Shown one piece after another: positions 47,937-59,884 of a DNA stretch of 61,569 nt (its first letter is position 1; every line of letters starts with the position of its first letter). The position numbers and the translations under genes are program-made. The notes under the pieces are model-generated. The model was given only the letters and a program-made list of their open reading frames with translations. It was not told where the DNA came from and did not search any database. This stretch comes from Dimorphilus gyrociliatus (taxonomy: Eukaryota > Animalia > Annelida): assembly GCA_904063045.1 (NCBI GenBank), contig CAJFCJ010000064.1:100854-162422 (forward strand). Direction: 5' to 3'.

Positions 47937-48075
47937 TGTACAACTTTGGTTATATTTTACATGCTTGAACTCAAATAAACCGTTTTAATTTAAATATTTG
48001 TTTAAAGGTTCGAGTAGAACCAGTATTGTTATAACTTGCAAACGTATAGATTTTGCCAGCAAGAGCAGTACAATA
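47937..48075 (+). repeat. Internally deleted LTR-like repeat joined to the 3' end of the env-like ORF
   Basis: TGTACAACTTTGGTT... fused to CAAATAAACCGTTTTAATTTAAATATTTGTTTAAAGGTTCGAGTAGAACCAG, the same junction as 29832-29890. Confidence 0.75.
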
Positions 48076-48867
48076 TTAAAGACAATAATATAATGAAAAC
48101 AAACTATAAGTAAGTAAAAGTCCATGATAACAATAATAAATAAACAATAAATCTGTATCTTGATTAATAACACAGGCTCAATGATACAAATAACTAAACA
48201 TGAATTTGCAAGTAAACTATCTTCCTTGCTGTTTTTTGACTTGAGAGATGAAAAATTGTATTATTAGTCTTAATTCTTAAATGTAGATAAAATATTTCTC
48301 TGCTTACCTCAAGTAGAAGAGTTTTAAAGTTGGTAGATTTTTTAAAAGACTCTCCATTTCGATGACATATTAACAGTAAGTTGAAAATTATTACAGCATC
48401 AATCCTTGATGAATGAATTGTATAATTAAAGATATTGATAGATTTTTGAACAGCTTTAGAACAAGCTATCTCAGTTAAATATTTCCATATCTCTAATCCT
48501 AGAATACAAATATTTTATATGTACAATGATTCTTATAATAAAAATAAAACGATAGTTTGGGAGAAAATGTCTGGATTTTTTAATTTTTATACTTATGTGA
48601 CAATTTCTTTAAAATCTTGTGACATATTTTTCTCTCAATTTATATTAGATTAACTAATAACCCAGCACAGTTCTCCTTTGTTCCTGAAGCATATGCAAAC
48701 TTAGCCCAAATAAAAGATGAATTAGTTGAAAATCTTTATCAATTTGCATTTGGGTTGATAGAAAACTCTGGAGAAAAAGATGGCCTTGGCCAAGCTATAT
48801 AAAATGATTAACATAATCTTTTCCAATGTTTTCTATCAGATTCACCAAGGTATTTTGCTTTTTTTGC

Positions 48868-50192
48868 CTACATTTCCTCTTTCATTTTCCTTCTTTTACT
48901 GGTAAAATGTTTAATGAAATCTTTCACTGAATAATTGGCCAAATTAACTAGAGTGTTCATAGGTAGAATAACACCAACGATTAGTCCATCAAATAACGGT
49001 TTTATGCTATCATTTTCAGTTACCTTCCAAATTCCTTTTTTAGGTTTAATACAAGCAAAGATAAGCATTATTTAGACATAAAAAATTGTAATAAATGTTC
49101 AACCAAGATAGACAATAGGTGTCCAGGAAATGATATTTAAAAGTGATGCCAGAATGCTGTTAAAAGCTATGATGAATTTAAAAATTTTGAGGTATCATCT
49201 TTATGAATTTCCTTTCTACGTAAAGCAACTTCATTTACGATTAAAAAGTACATTATTGCTACAGAAATATAAATGAGATAGACAATTAAAGAGTTGAGAA
49301 TAAATGAATAAATCCATCCATTGAACTTTTCACCTACAGAAAAGATATTGTTACAAGTTCTCTTTGAATTCAAATAATTCTGGAATGAACAAAGTGTAAA
49401 TGAATGAATGAATGAATGAATGAATGATTGAAGGCAATACCTCAAAAATTAAAACTGGTAACATTAAATTTTGAAACCATTTGCTCTCAATATTTTTCAG
49501 ATTTGTTTCGCTTAAATCTAGAAAAACCAATTTAAAATATTTAAATACACTTTCTGGTGTTTTTAAAAGACTTCGCGTTAGATTTAAATAAACAATTTCC
49601 GGTTGTGTAATTATGTCTAAAAATATCTCTGGTTGAGTGACATTTTCAAGAAATAATAATTTAACAATAAATCCGCTGGTGGTTAGTGTGGGTGGGTTTG
49701 AAAATTTCATACTAGAGCATTGAATATGATATGTTGTGGGACAACTGCAGTTGTTTGGACAATAAAATGTAGAATTGCGGTAGAGTTCGTCGTCACCTCC
49801 ATATTTGCAGTCGTAAATTCCATTGCATATTTGGCTAATATTGAGATAAGTTAGTTCATTTTTGCACCTAAAATAAGCAGGTGGATGGAAATCATCTGCA
49901 AGAAGATGGGTAAATGAGGTATAAGAGCAACAGCAGTAACGACAGTCAACCAACTGCAAAATTCTTCATCTTCTCCCATACTGCAATGCCAAATACCATC
50001 GCATACATTTTTGATAGGAATACAATACAAAATATCCCTACAGAGAAATTCCCCAACTAAACATTCACTCTTATCACAATAGCGGAAATCATTGTAGATA
50101 GGATATGATTTCGTGACCATGATACCCATAGATGAGTACATTAATTTACATTTTGTTCTCTTCCACATATACGAAGATTGCTGGTGGAGCAT
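48868..50192 (-). pseudogene. GRL101/LGR-like receptor: LDLa x2, LRRNT, short LRR, then ECL2/TM5-TM7; TM1-4 missing
   Basis: FLCRDILYCIPIKNVCDGIWHCSMGEDEEFC; CPNNCSC; FLDLSETNLKNIESKWFQNL; 61-nt intron 49380-49440; TCNNIF...GWIYSFILNSL; VILPMNTLVN. Confidence 0.8.
49399..49426. repeat. (ATGA)n microsatellite inside a short intron
   Basis: About 7 units, seen directly. Confidence 0.9.
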
Positions 50193-50599
50193 ATAATTTG
50201 AATAGTGAAGATTATCATCTAAACAAGCAAATTGAAATGGTTAGGATAAAAAATGAGTAGTGAATGCATGAGAATAGCAGATAGGAATTTAAAATTTTTT
50301 CAAAAATTACTGTTTTGTAGGCAAACATTTCTGAAAATCTATAAGGAAAATGATGAAAGGATTAGAAATTATTTCGTAAATATCCAGTATAAAAATAGTA
50401 ATTTACTGCAAAAGCTTTCATCTTCAGCTCCTCCACCTCTCAAATCTGGAATATAATCACACACTCTGGAAGTTCTAAATTCGATTGCCTAACTTTGCTG
50501 TCAAGACATTATCAAGGATAGCTTAAGAATATTAAGAAAATCATCAAGCAATAAAACTCCTTTTCAAATGATAAATTCTCCATACAAGCATGACATTTT

Positions 50600-51610
50600 T
50601 CAGGTGCAACGGAGAAAGAAACTGCATTGATTACTCTGATGAGCAGTGTAAAAAAGTATGATCTTTAAATTTCTTTCTCTCTTACCTATATCTTTCCTGA
50701 TACAATTCACTAGAAGAAGAATGCAAACCAGGCTGGCTTCATTGCGATCTTAAATCGCATTGTAGCGAAAGAGATGACGAAGGAGGCAAAGTTTGTTTGA
50801 GCTTTCCGAAATTTTATTGGAGTTCTACTGAAGGTCCTTTTAGTGTTGGTGTTGCTTGTTGTTTCCTTCTCTCTACTAATTTAATCTTTATTCCATTAGC
50901 CTTCTTGCAGAGTTTTCACTGGATAATTATAAAAATGACAAAAGATGCCATTTAATAAGTTAAAAAGCTCAATTCAAACTTGTTCGAATATCATTCAAAC
51001 AAATATTCAAAGATGTTGCATTGTAGGATTTATAATAATTATTATGGTATTGAATATTTTTGGAATAGTTTTTAATATTTTTTCTGGTAGAAAAATTGAC
51101 AAATTAATGAAAATAGCTCTGTATTTTTGTCAAATTCTAACTGGATTATCCCTATCAATAACGTTTTACGCCGACATCTATTACAGACATCCGGGTAATT
51201 ATCTCAGAAATGAAAGTTCTTGGAAGAATAGTATCCTTTGTAAACTATCTGGAATACTAATGAGTTTCTCAATCCTTTGTACTGTTGCTATAGAAACACT
51301 GATTTTAGTGTGTCGCAAAGAGGAAAAGAAAACGTATACATTTCAAATTTTTATCTTGGCGTTCAATGTCAAAATACAATTGATAAAATTGGTTTTACAA
51401 TACATGACAAACTGTCTTGGGCAACATCAATTCTATTTTGGCTATCAATAACAAGTTTAGGTGATTTTTTTCTCCTCATCAAATTCACTCTACTAAAAAG
51501 CAAACTTCACTGAAAATATAGGCCTATTTTCTATTTATGGAAATACTTTATTTAAAGACACAATCTATCAGATAGTTTTAGTACATGTTCTACCATTACA
51601 CTCTGTGAAA
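50600..51610 (+). pseudogene. GRL101/LGR-like receptor, head-to-head with the previous one: LDLa fragments plus TM1-3 and TM5-7 remnants
   Basis: CNGERNCIDYSDEQC; SSIQTCSNII...QRC; ADIYYRHPGNYLRNESSWKNSILCKLSGILMSFS; DKLSWATSIL; HVLPLHS; frameshifts. Confidence 0.75.
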
Positions 51611-52095
51611 GTGAGCATTTTTCATATTTTCTCTCTTTTATATTATAGACATCAAATTGTAAATGGCGTAAATAAGAAGACAAATGAGAAATGTAAGCTA
51701 TTTTCCTACTAGATGGATTGCTGATTAAACGATATGAATTTTTCTCCTCCTCTTTATAGTATTAATCTTTATAAAAGAATTTGAAATTTTTAAAGAAAAT
51801 TTAAATTTTAAATTTAAAAAACTTACCCATCCCAAACAAATGTTAACTTTCTGCCAAGTAGTTTTAAATTTTATTTCAATTAGTCATGCGTCTGTTATAT
51901 GTTTTGATGGTGAAATCAACTTTAATTCCATGTTTAATAAATATGTTGAAAATGTGCAGGATTTTATGTCCTGAAGCATGAATATTATGATAAATGAAGG
52001 AAGAAGGTTTCATTTTCAAATGTTTCTATTCTAAGATACAACTCTACAATAAAAATTTTCACCTGAGACATTTATTCATCCATTTTCCTACCTCA

Positions 52096-52556
52096 CTACA
52101 ACAGAAAATAGCAATACTGTAAAATTGTATGAGGATTTTTTTGGCACTGCTCAACCATTGCTTTTTTTTGTAAGATAATCTTACAAATGGAACTCTGACA
52201 AAAACATTCGTACGCGCATTTCTCATTGGAATCAACCAATATACAAGAAAGAAAATTTCCACTCCATAAATCGTTGGCATTAAAATATTGATTATAACCC
52301 TGCGAATAAACTAAAGCATAAGGTTCGCTGTTTGATTTCGAACATTCAAAATTTCTTCCTCTAATTTCTACTCCAACACTGGAACTCATCGGCTTATAAA
52401 TCTGATATAAAAATTTCTGGTCAAAAGTGGTTGAAGTCAGATTTGCGCATGTCTCATATCTATTAGGAATCGGCAATCCTCCCTTATTACAAAGGCTATC
52501 AATCATAAAATTCGATTTGCCTCCTAAATTCTGACCAATTTCCGGAATTACTGAAA
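52096..52556 (-). CDS. Exon encoding an unassigned Cys-rich extracellular-type domain
   Basis: 155-aa open frame after the acceptor tttttcag; SCILVDSNEKCAYECFCQSSICKIIL. Confidence 0.4.
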
Positions 52557-52876
52557 AATACAATTATTTATATAAACAATCTAAGATTTGGGGAATGTGA
52601 CCAAACACAATGTCTTTTTAAAATAAAAAAGAACCTTCTGGATGCTGAAAGGAATCAGAAAGGAACATCTTCTGGAAAGAAAACTTTTATCTATTATACA
52701 AAGAATGGTTGTAAATTTCAAACAGCAGCTGCCAGGTCAATCAGAATGAAAATTGGCAATTAAATTGAAGAACCAAAACTAAAAGTTGCAAGGCTCACTG
52801 TGTTACTACAATTAGGTATAAAAGATGATGTTGGCAAAAAAACACCAACAGTTCCAACAAGTTACATTTGTTAAGA

Positions 52877-53296
52877 CTATTTGTGGACAAACTTGAAAGG
52901 TTCTATTTGTGTGAGTACTTTGGCAAGTTGGTCAATGATTGGAAAGGACGAATACTGTTCTGAAAAAGCGGAAATTCCTACAATTACAATACAACAAAGT
53001 ACAAATATTTTAGCCTGCTTCAACAGACCAATTTGATGATTATCAAAGCTTGACCCTTCCTTAACAATTGCAAAACTTTCTTTTCCTGACTCTGTAATTG
53101 ATTTACTTGGTGTTGCCTCAAATGAACTTTCATCAGAAGCATTGATGAAATTTCTGAATGTCTTTGGCTCATAATTGTCATCAGTAGAATCATCAATATC
53201 TGTAGAACTTTCAGATGAAAAATCAAAAAAAAATAAAGCTATCATAGGATTAAAAAATATTGTTAAATATTTTATATTCTGACAAAATCTTACCAA
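52877..53296 (-). other. 139-aa ORF (Ser/Asp-rich segment plus TM-like segment) containing repeat module G
   Basis: SSESSTDIDDSTDDNYEP...IFVLCCIVIVGISAFSEQYSSFPIIDQLAKVLTQIEPFKFVHK; C-terminal part repeated at 11130, 13440 and 29195. Confidence 0.45.
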
Positions 53297-53449
53297 AGAT
53301 AGTTGTTTGGTAAATATTAAAGAGCTTTAATATACAGGAAATGCTTGTTTATTGTTTAAATATCAATGAAAAATTGATATGAATATACAGGTTTGTTGTT
53401 TTGTTTTATCATAAAATATAAACAAGTTTTTTTCTATCCTTTTCTAACC

Positions 53450-53790
53450 CTGGCTTTATATACTTGAATGTTGGTCTGTAATATCTAATCATCACTGTAC
53501 AGTTACCAAACTATCTAATTCACACTTATCTTTAAACACAATATCTTTCAAAGTTGAGCACTTAGGAAAGCTAATTAATCATTGCTTGACCAAACCTTAG
53601 ACAAGCTCATCAATCGTAAATTGGCCAAACCTTAAGTGGCATTTGAAGATGAACCTCAAGGAAAACGAAGCAAGATCTTTGTTTGGTCAAATGTCATTGC
53701 ATCTTGGTGCATAGGTTTTTAGTAAATACATGTATAAATTGTATATAATAGCATAATATAAGGATAAAATAGAACAAAAGTTGTACACTC
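53450..53790 (-). repeat. LTR-like repeat (family E), inverted copy
   Basis: Reverse complement starts TGTACAACTTTTGTT and matches 33290-33790 and 37017-37310. Confidence 0.7.
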
Positions 53791-55058
53791 TGTTCACTAC
53801 AATAAAACTTTACCCAAAACAGCAGTTCCACAACTTTTTCATAGTAATTAAGCCATGATGTTGCTATATCTTGTCTAACTTGTTCAGAAAGTCCTATGTG
53901 CTTCCATTCTATATTAGAACTCTTAAAATTTTGTTGCAAGTATATTTGCTTTCCTTTACTGGCATTCAGATCTTACTGTCTATTTCCTAAACCTGATAGA
54001 TTAGGCTAGGAACTGCTACTTAAGACAGTATTTCCTAATAGCTACACTTGCCCTAGGCCTAACAAGCTTGTAGGTTAGTTCAATAAAGGGCTTGTCAGTC
54101 TTATTAATTCATGTCATTTTCTTCACGCAAAAGTAGATGGCGCTGCTAGTCTACTGTAAAAAAAATCATGTCTAGTCAACCTATATAATGAAGCCTGAAA
54201 AAATCATTACTGCATTGTGTTGTATAGTAATTGTGGGCATTTCTAGTTTATCAAAGCAGTATTTGTTCTTTCCAATCATTTACCAACTCACCAAAGTACT
54301 CACACCACATAGAACCTATTAAGTTAATATATATTGGGAGATTTCAATGTATAATTTATTTATACTACAATTTTTTAGATAATAGAATAACTAACCTAAT
54401 TATTAATATCGCTCAGGATATAGAATTTTTTCAAATGAGAAATTTCCTGTGATTTATCCCTGCTAGAATCATACTGTTAACAGGAAAATGAGATCATTTT
54501 ACTATTTTCTTCATCCAGATAATTTTCTAATAGTCCAGATTTTTCATAAAACACGGCATTATTAAAAGTATAAAAAGCACTCTTTCAATACATTTAACTT
54601 GAATAAACTCACAATTGCTTTAAATATGAAAGAACTGTTGATATTTATCTTAGGGGTTAGTTCACACTTTGCTATTTGTCATTCTTCAAAAACTAAAATT
54701 TCCTTTTGTTTCTCATTTTATAGCTTTCTTTAACAAATGCAAAATTAATAAAGGTAGAATGGAATATTGAAAGAAATTTATCCCCAAATGATGACTATAG
54801 TTTAGATATTAGTGCAACTTTTGCTCTAAAAAATTTTACATCTTTAAATGATTACTTTGTACTCTGGACAAATTTTTCAAGTTACTATTATGATAATATT
54901 CATGTGGAAAATTACTTCTTTACTGGTTGGTAAGATTTTACAGTCCGCGACAGAATTTGTCGTATTTATTTTTTTGGAAGATTTATGTATCATTCATTTG
55001 AAAATGTTTAGTTTAAAGGCTAAAAAACTTGTTCAAAATTGAATAATTCTATTTCAAC

Positions 55059-56141
55059 AGATACAAATCCAAATACAATATTGAAAACAGTGCATTACAC
55101 AGAAAATTCAATAGATTATATCAAAAGTAACTTGAAATTGGGTTATTTCACTTACAATGATGTTGTAATTAAAAATTTTAGCATTTGTGTAAATGTAAGG
55201 AAAAGTACATTTTTTTTTGGTTTTTGCATTCGTTTGGGCAATGAACTGTGTGGAAAAATTGATAATATTCCAAACTTTATTGAATGGATTGAACCAAATT
55301 TTCTTCAACCTTCAATAACCTACTCAAAAGGAGAAAGTTTTTCATATACTTTTACTTTTTGGCTTTATCAGACTGATGGTAGTTTTCATATATCTAGAGA
55401 ATATAGGAAAAAAGTGAATGGGAAAAATATACTAGAACATACTGGAGGTCATGTAAACTTGCACAATCCTGAACAAAAATTGAATTTAGGTAATAATATT
55501 TCAGTAGTTGTTTCTTCTACAAAATTGAACACTAGCTTTTATGTTGTTTGTAAAATTATGATTGAAAATCCTAACAATCCTAAAGATATAGATGGTAGAA
55601 TTGATTTTGGCGTTCAGTCATTCAATCAACCTCACCATCCAAATTCAAAGGAAGAAGATTATCATAATGCAAAGATCGAATCAGTTTTCTCTGTAAAACA
55701 TTTCCATATTAAAGAAAAACATACTTCATCAACCTTAACAAATCCATTCTTTAAAAGTTGCGTTTTTGAAGGAATTAACGGTCTTAATCCTGACAAATTG
55801 ATTAATTCAACACTTCCCGCTTTATCCGGCAGAAATGGATGCTTTTATTGTGAAATTGAATACGATTTTGGAGATGACATTGATTTAGAAATTTACAAAG
55901 ATAATAAGAGAGTTCTAGAAAATACTTGGACAAATAAAGACGTAATGCATAGTTTGGTAATAGAATAATAATTAATCATCTCTTTATTCAACATATTTCA
56001 CATATATATTTCTTTTCTTTGTAGATTGTTGTTGATTTACCTTTTCCTACCAAGAAGGATGAAGGAATCTATGAATGTCGGGCAAAATCAGTAAAAGATG
56101 GACTTTTAAGCATAGCTTACGGAAATGTACAAATTTACTAA
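55059..56141 (+). CDS. Immunoglobulin-domain protein, last two exons (55059-55956, 56025-56141)
   Basis: In-frame phase 0 splice gives CFYCEIEY...HSL|IVVDLPFPTKKDEGIYECRAK (Ig D-x-G-x-Y-x-C); stop at 56139-41; first exon not defined. Confidence 0.72.
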
Positions 56142-56279
56142 TAGATATTAGTTTATTATGTTTTATGGTTTCTCTAGGAATACACCAAAAATATAACAAA
56201 TAGGCCTGCAGTTCTTTTCAAAGTGGAATGACTGCTTGTGAGAGAATGAAAAAAAAAACCAAAGTAGACTTAATGTTGG

Positions 56280-57015
56280 CTTTGCTGTTGGTGAAAAATA
56301 TAGTTAAGGTTGATTTTTAGTTTCAAATACAATTAAATTGACATGCAGTGTTAGAAACAAAACAATGAAGTGCCCTGCAAGAATTTCACAAAGAGATAAT
56401 TCTTTCTTCCTTTACAAAATGCAGCATATTCATCAGGGAAATAATAATTTAAAAGTGGAAGTAAGAAAGTAGTCAAGATGATAAAATGAAAAAAATAAAG
56501 AATGCTGAAATTTTAATAATTTATTTTGTTGAAAACTGATGAAGTAAATCAAGATTTGTATATAATATTTATGTCAATTTGAAAAGTATAATTTGGAATA
56601 AATATCTAAGACTTTTGAGCATGTTATCTGCCCAATTTTTAAATTTTCCCATGTATCAATATCTTCTTTTGCAGATTTATATAAATCTTTTTTTGATATC
56701 TCTTCAACTTTTTTTCAAATAGCATTTTTTATATTGCTGGACAAGATCAGCTTCTCTGTTTAACTCATCTATAAGATTGTAAAATGATTTACTGTTTCCA
56801 ACATTTAAATTCATTCTGTTATGAAATCCTTCCACATCAATGTTGGTCCTTTTGCAAAGTACTCACACAAATAGAACCTTTAAATTTTCTTAGAATTGAG
56901 GCATAATTGATATTTAATTGAACTGCTTTTAGTTGGGGCCAGGACATTTCGGCCCACTTTAGGACATTTCAGCCCAGGACAGTTTTACCTACTTTAGGAC
57001 ATTTCAGCCCAATTG
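56280..57015. mobile_element. Jumbled MULE relics: FLYWCH fragment (+), C-terminal fragment (-), and a solo TIR at 56935-57015
   Basis: TCSVRNKTMKCPARI...QHIH; RTNIDVEGFHNRMN...LIDELNREADLV; GGGGCCAGGACATTTCGGCCCACTTTAGGACATTTC identical to the start of 37868. Confidence 0.75.
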
Positions 57016-57509
57016 GACTTTTGTCTTAATTAAAAATTTAGCAATACTAGCTCAAAGTATGTATAAGAATGATAATATATTTTAATGTTTTTTAATTCAT
57101 TGAATACCAGTTTTTTTTTATTTTCAAAGTATATTTCACTTTTTTTACTATTTCCTTTACCTGTTTTTACCTGTTTTGAATTTTATTACTGCTTTTCAGA
57201 ATAAAATATATTTTTTTTGGCATTCATACTTGACATTTAGTGGCAAAATTACTAATCCAATGAATATTAATATAAAATATAAGACATATTTATACTTGCT
57301 CTATTGTCAAGTAGTAAAAACTCTTCGGTTTTACATATACAAAATTCTGTGTTGGACATTCAGTCTCTCTCTCTCTGTCTCTCTCTTGAGCAGTATCTGA
57401 AATACTAAAACATAGAGAAGAATAATGGTTTGGTTCAGCACTTTTCCTTTGTTACTTTTTAAAAAATAGCACATTAAGAAAGTCTTAGGAATAGAAACTA
57501 ATGTTCTAA

Positions 57510-59880
57510 TTACTCAGACATATGTCAAGGAATGTGCCAACATTTATTGCGGTTCCATCCTAATTCATCCTTCGGATTGTAGAGGTAGAGAGGGGAGAAC
57601 TAGGCCTATATTGATTTATTTAAATATTTTTAACAGAAACAATAAGTACACATAGAAGTGATCGTTCTTGTAAGATGAAAATTGAAAATTAAATAACGGT
57701 ATTCTTGCAATCAATTCAAAACGAGTATCATTGTCAAATGTGAATAGTGAAAAAGCTGCATTCAACTTTAGAGAACTTTAGATAAAATACCCGAATATAA
57801 AAAGGTGAAATTTCCTCAGTAGTTGACTTTTACGACTAAAATATAGATTTTTTTTGAAAAAGATGTTCATTGCTCGAAAAGACGAAAGGCTTTATTTAAG
57901 TTTAAAAAGTATTCATAAAACTGGCAATTGCGTAATAAGAGATGGAAACCTAGTTTCTACGCATAGAAGTGATGTTCAACACATATCCTCTGGTAATAGT
58001 GTTACTTTTCATTGTTGGAGATATAAAAATTCATATATATACAAAGTCAGACAATAGAAATTGATTCCATCGCCACAGGTAGGTCATTCATTAATACTCT
58101 GAACAAATTCAAAAATTCAATTGTTTCTGTCTTTCAGATGATAAGAGAAAAAGCATCCTTTCAAATTCTTTAATAGTAGATAATCAACTTTTTGGCTTGT
58201 ATCTTGGATCTTCAACTGAGAATTTTGAATTGATTAATACAACATTCATTAAGAATTTAAGAGGTGTATACAAAGGTCAAATGTGCAAAATCTTAACAAT
58301 TCAATCAAGTTACTTTGAAGGTACCAGAATACTGCTTTTGAACAATAAAAGAAGCAGTATTTTAATGGAAAATTCAACTTTTAGGAGCAGTTTTAAGAGT
58401 TTTTCTTAAAATTCAAATTCATGTTAAAAATTTCATTTTGCAATCATGGAATATGAAAATTTTTAGCATCAAAAATCAATTATTTAAATCTTATGTTTAA
58501 GCATTCAAACTCCAAAAAAATGAATAGCAAATTGAAATTAAAGATTTTGATGAAATCATTTGTATGGAAAATCAATTTGTGACATATTTTGACATAGCTC
58601 ATACTCGGTCTGTTACAATTCAAAATAACATATTCAGTAATAATAGCGTATATTTAAAATCTATTTTTTATATTGCGCAATGGTCGCATAAGAATTTTGT
58701 TGCGAGGAACAATACATTTGAATATTCTGAATGATGGACAAATGAATTTGATACAGGCTAGTACAAATCCAAGCTTTTGAAATACGTCGAAGCATTCGAA
58801 GACATGTAAATTCAAGTTAAAAAAGTTTTCAAATTCTTATAAACACGACTATAACGGAGGAAAAGATCTTGGTTGGGCGTTAGATTGTTACGATACTACT
58901 CAACTTAAAGATTGTAAAATTGTACGGAATGCAAATAAGACGATTGTTCCGTATATCTTGTGTAAAGAGATCAAGTTATCAGAGACATTTACAAATTTAT
59001 ACGCGGAAGAAAGTTTCATAAAGAACGCCCACTTTGAAGGAGTTTCCCTAACCTTTTACTCTGTAAAGAATCTGGCAATAAAGGATTCAATTTTTACAAT
59101 GTGTTGAATTTGGGTGTTGTTGATTTTTTTCATGAAATGTGCTTAATAGATGTAGTGGCTCCACCTGGACACATTTTTAAAGTAGAACAAATGTTTGAAG
59201 AGAGTTTCGTTCAAATTTTAACTATTTATTCAAAATTTAAAAATTCATACAGAATAAACATTGGAGTATAAACTAAAATTCTTTATTTCGTCTTTCTTTT
59301 ATAGTTTTTGAAACCTAATTCTCTTTGTATTTTTTCTATCTAGAAAACTACTTTCGTTTATGAAACTACTGCAAAATTACAATTTCCATACAACTTCAAT
59401 GGAAATCAAGGAGTCATCATATCTGCAATAAAGCGACCTAGTTAGTAGTGAAACTCCATTAACCTAAACAGTACTCGTCACGGTTGTTTTGTTTCTATTT
59501 TTTGCAGTTCTGCAATGTTCATTTAGAACATCTCAATGTGGATGGAAATTTATTATTCTACATCGAATATCTCTCACTCAACCTATCGTATACCAGTTAA
59601 GAATCTGAGATATCAAACGTTTTCAATTAAACTGCAATTTACAACATACTTTTCGTTTGGACAACCAGAATTTATTTATTGCGAAAAAGAAAACAATCCA
59701 GAATTGAATTAGAAAATTGTCAATAGTCGATTTATGAAAATTAAAGAAACGGCGATAACTATGAATTTTCCAACCATAAATTCTAAAAATTATTTGAGTA
59801 TGGAAAATTTAAATTTTATTTCAAACAGACATTCGATTAATATTAAAACTAGATACTCAACAATCTTCATGAAAGGTTTA
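57510..59880 (+). pseudogene. Decayed region with parallel beta-helix-like (I..S.F..N) repeats, probable 5' part of the EGF/PSI gene
   Basis: Broken frames INTTFIKNL...IQSSYFEG...MENSTF, IQNNIFSNN...ARNNTFEY, IVNSRFMKI. Confidence 0.4.
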
Positions 59881-59884
59881 AATA

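Noticed and set aside
48868-51610. Idea that the two head-to-head GRL101-like fragments are complementary halves of one inverted gene
   Set aside because: Both have LDLa and TM6/TM7-like remnants, so they are separate paralogues
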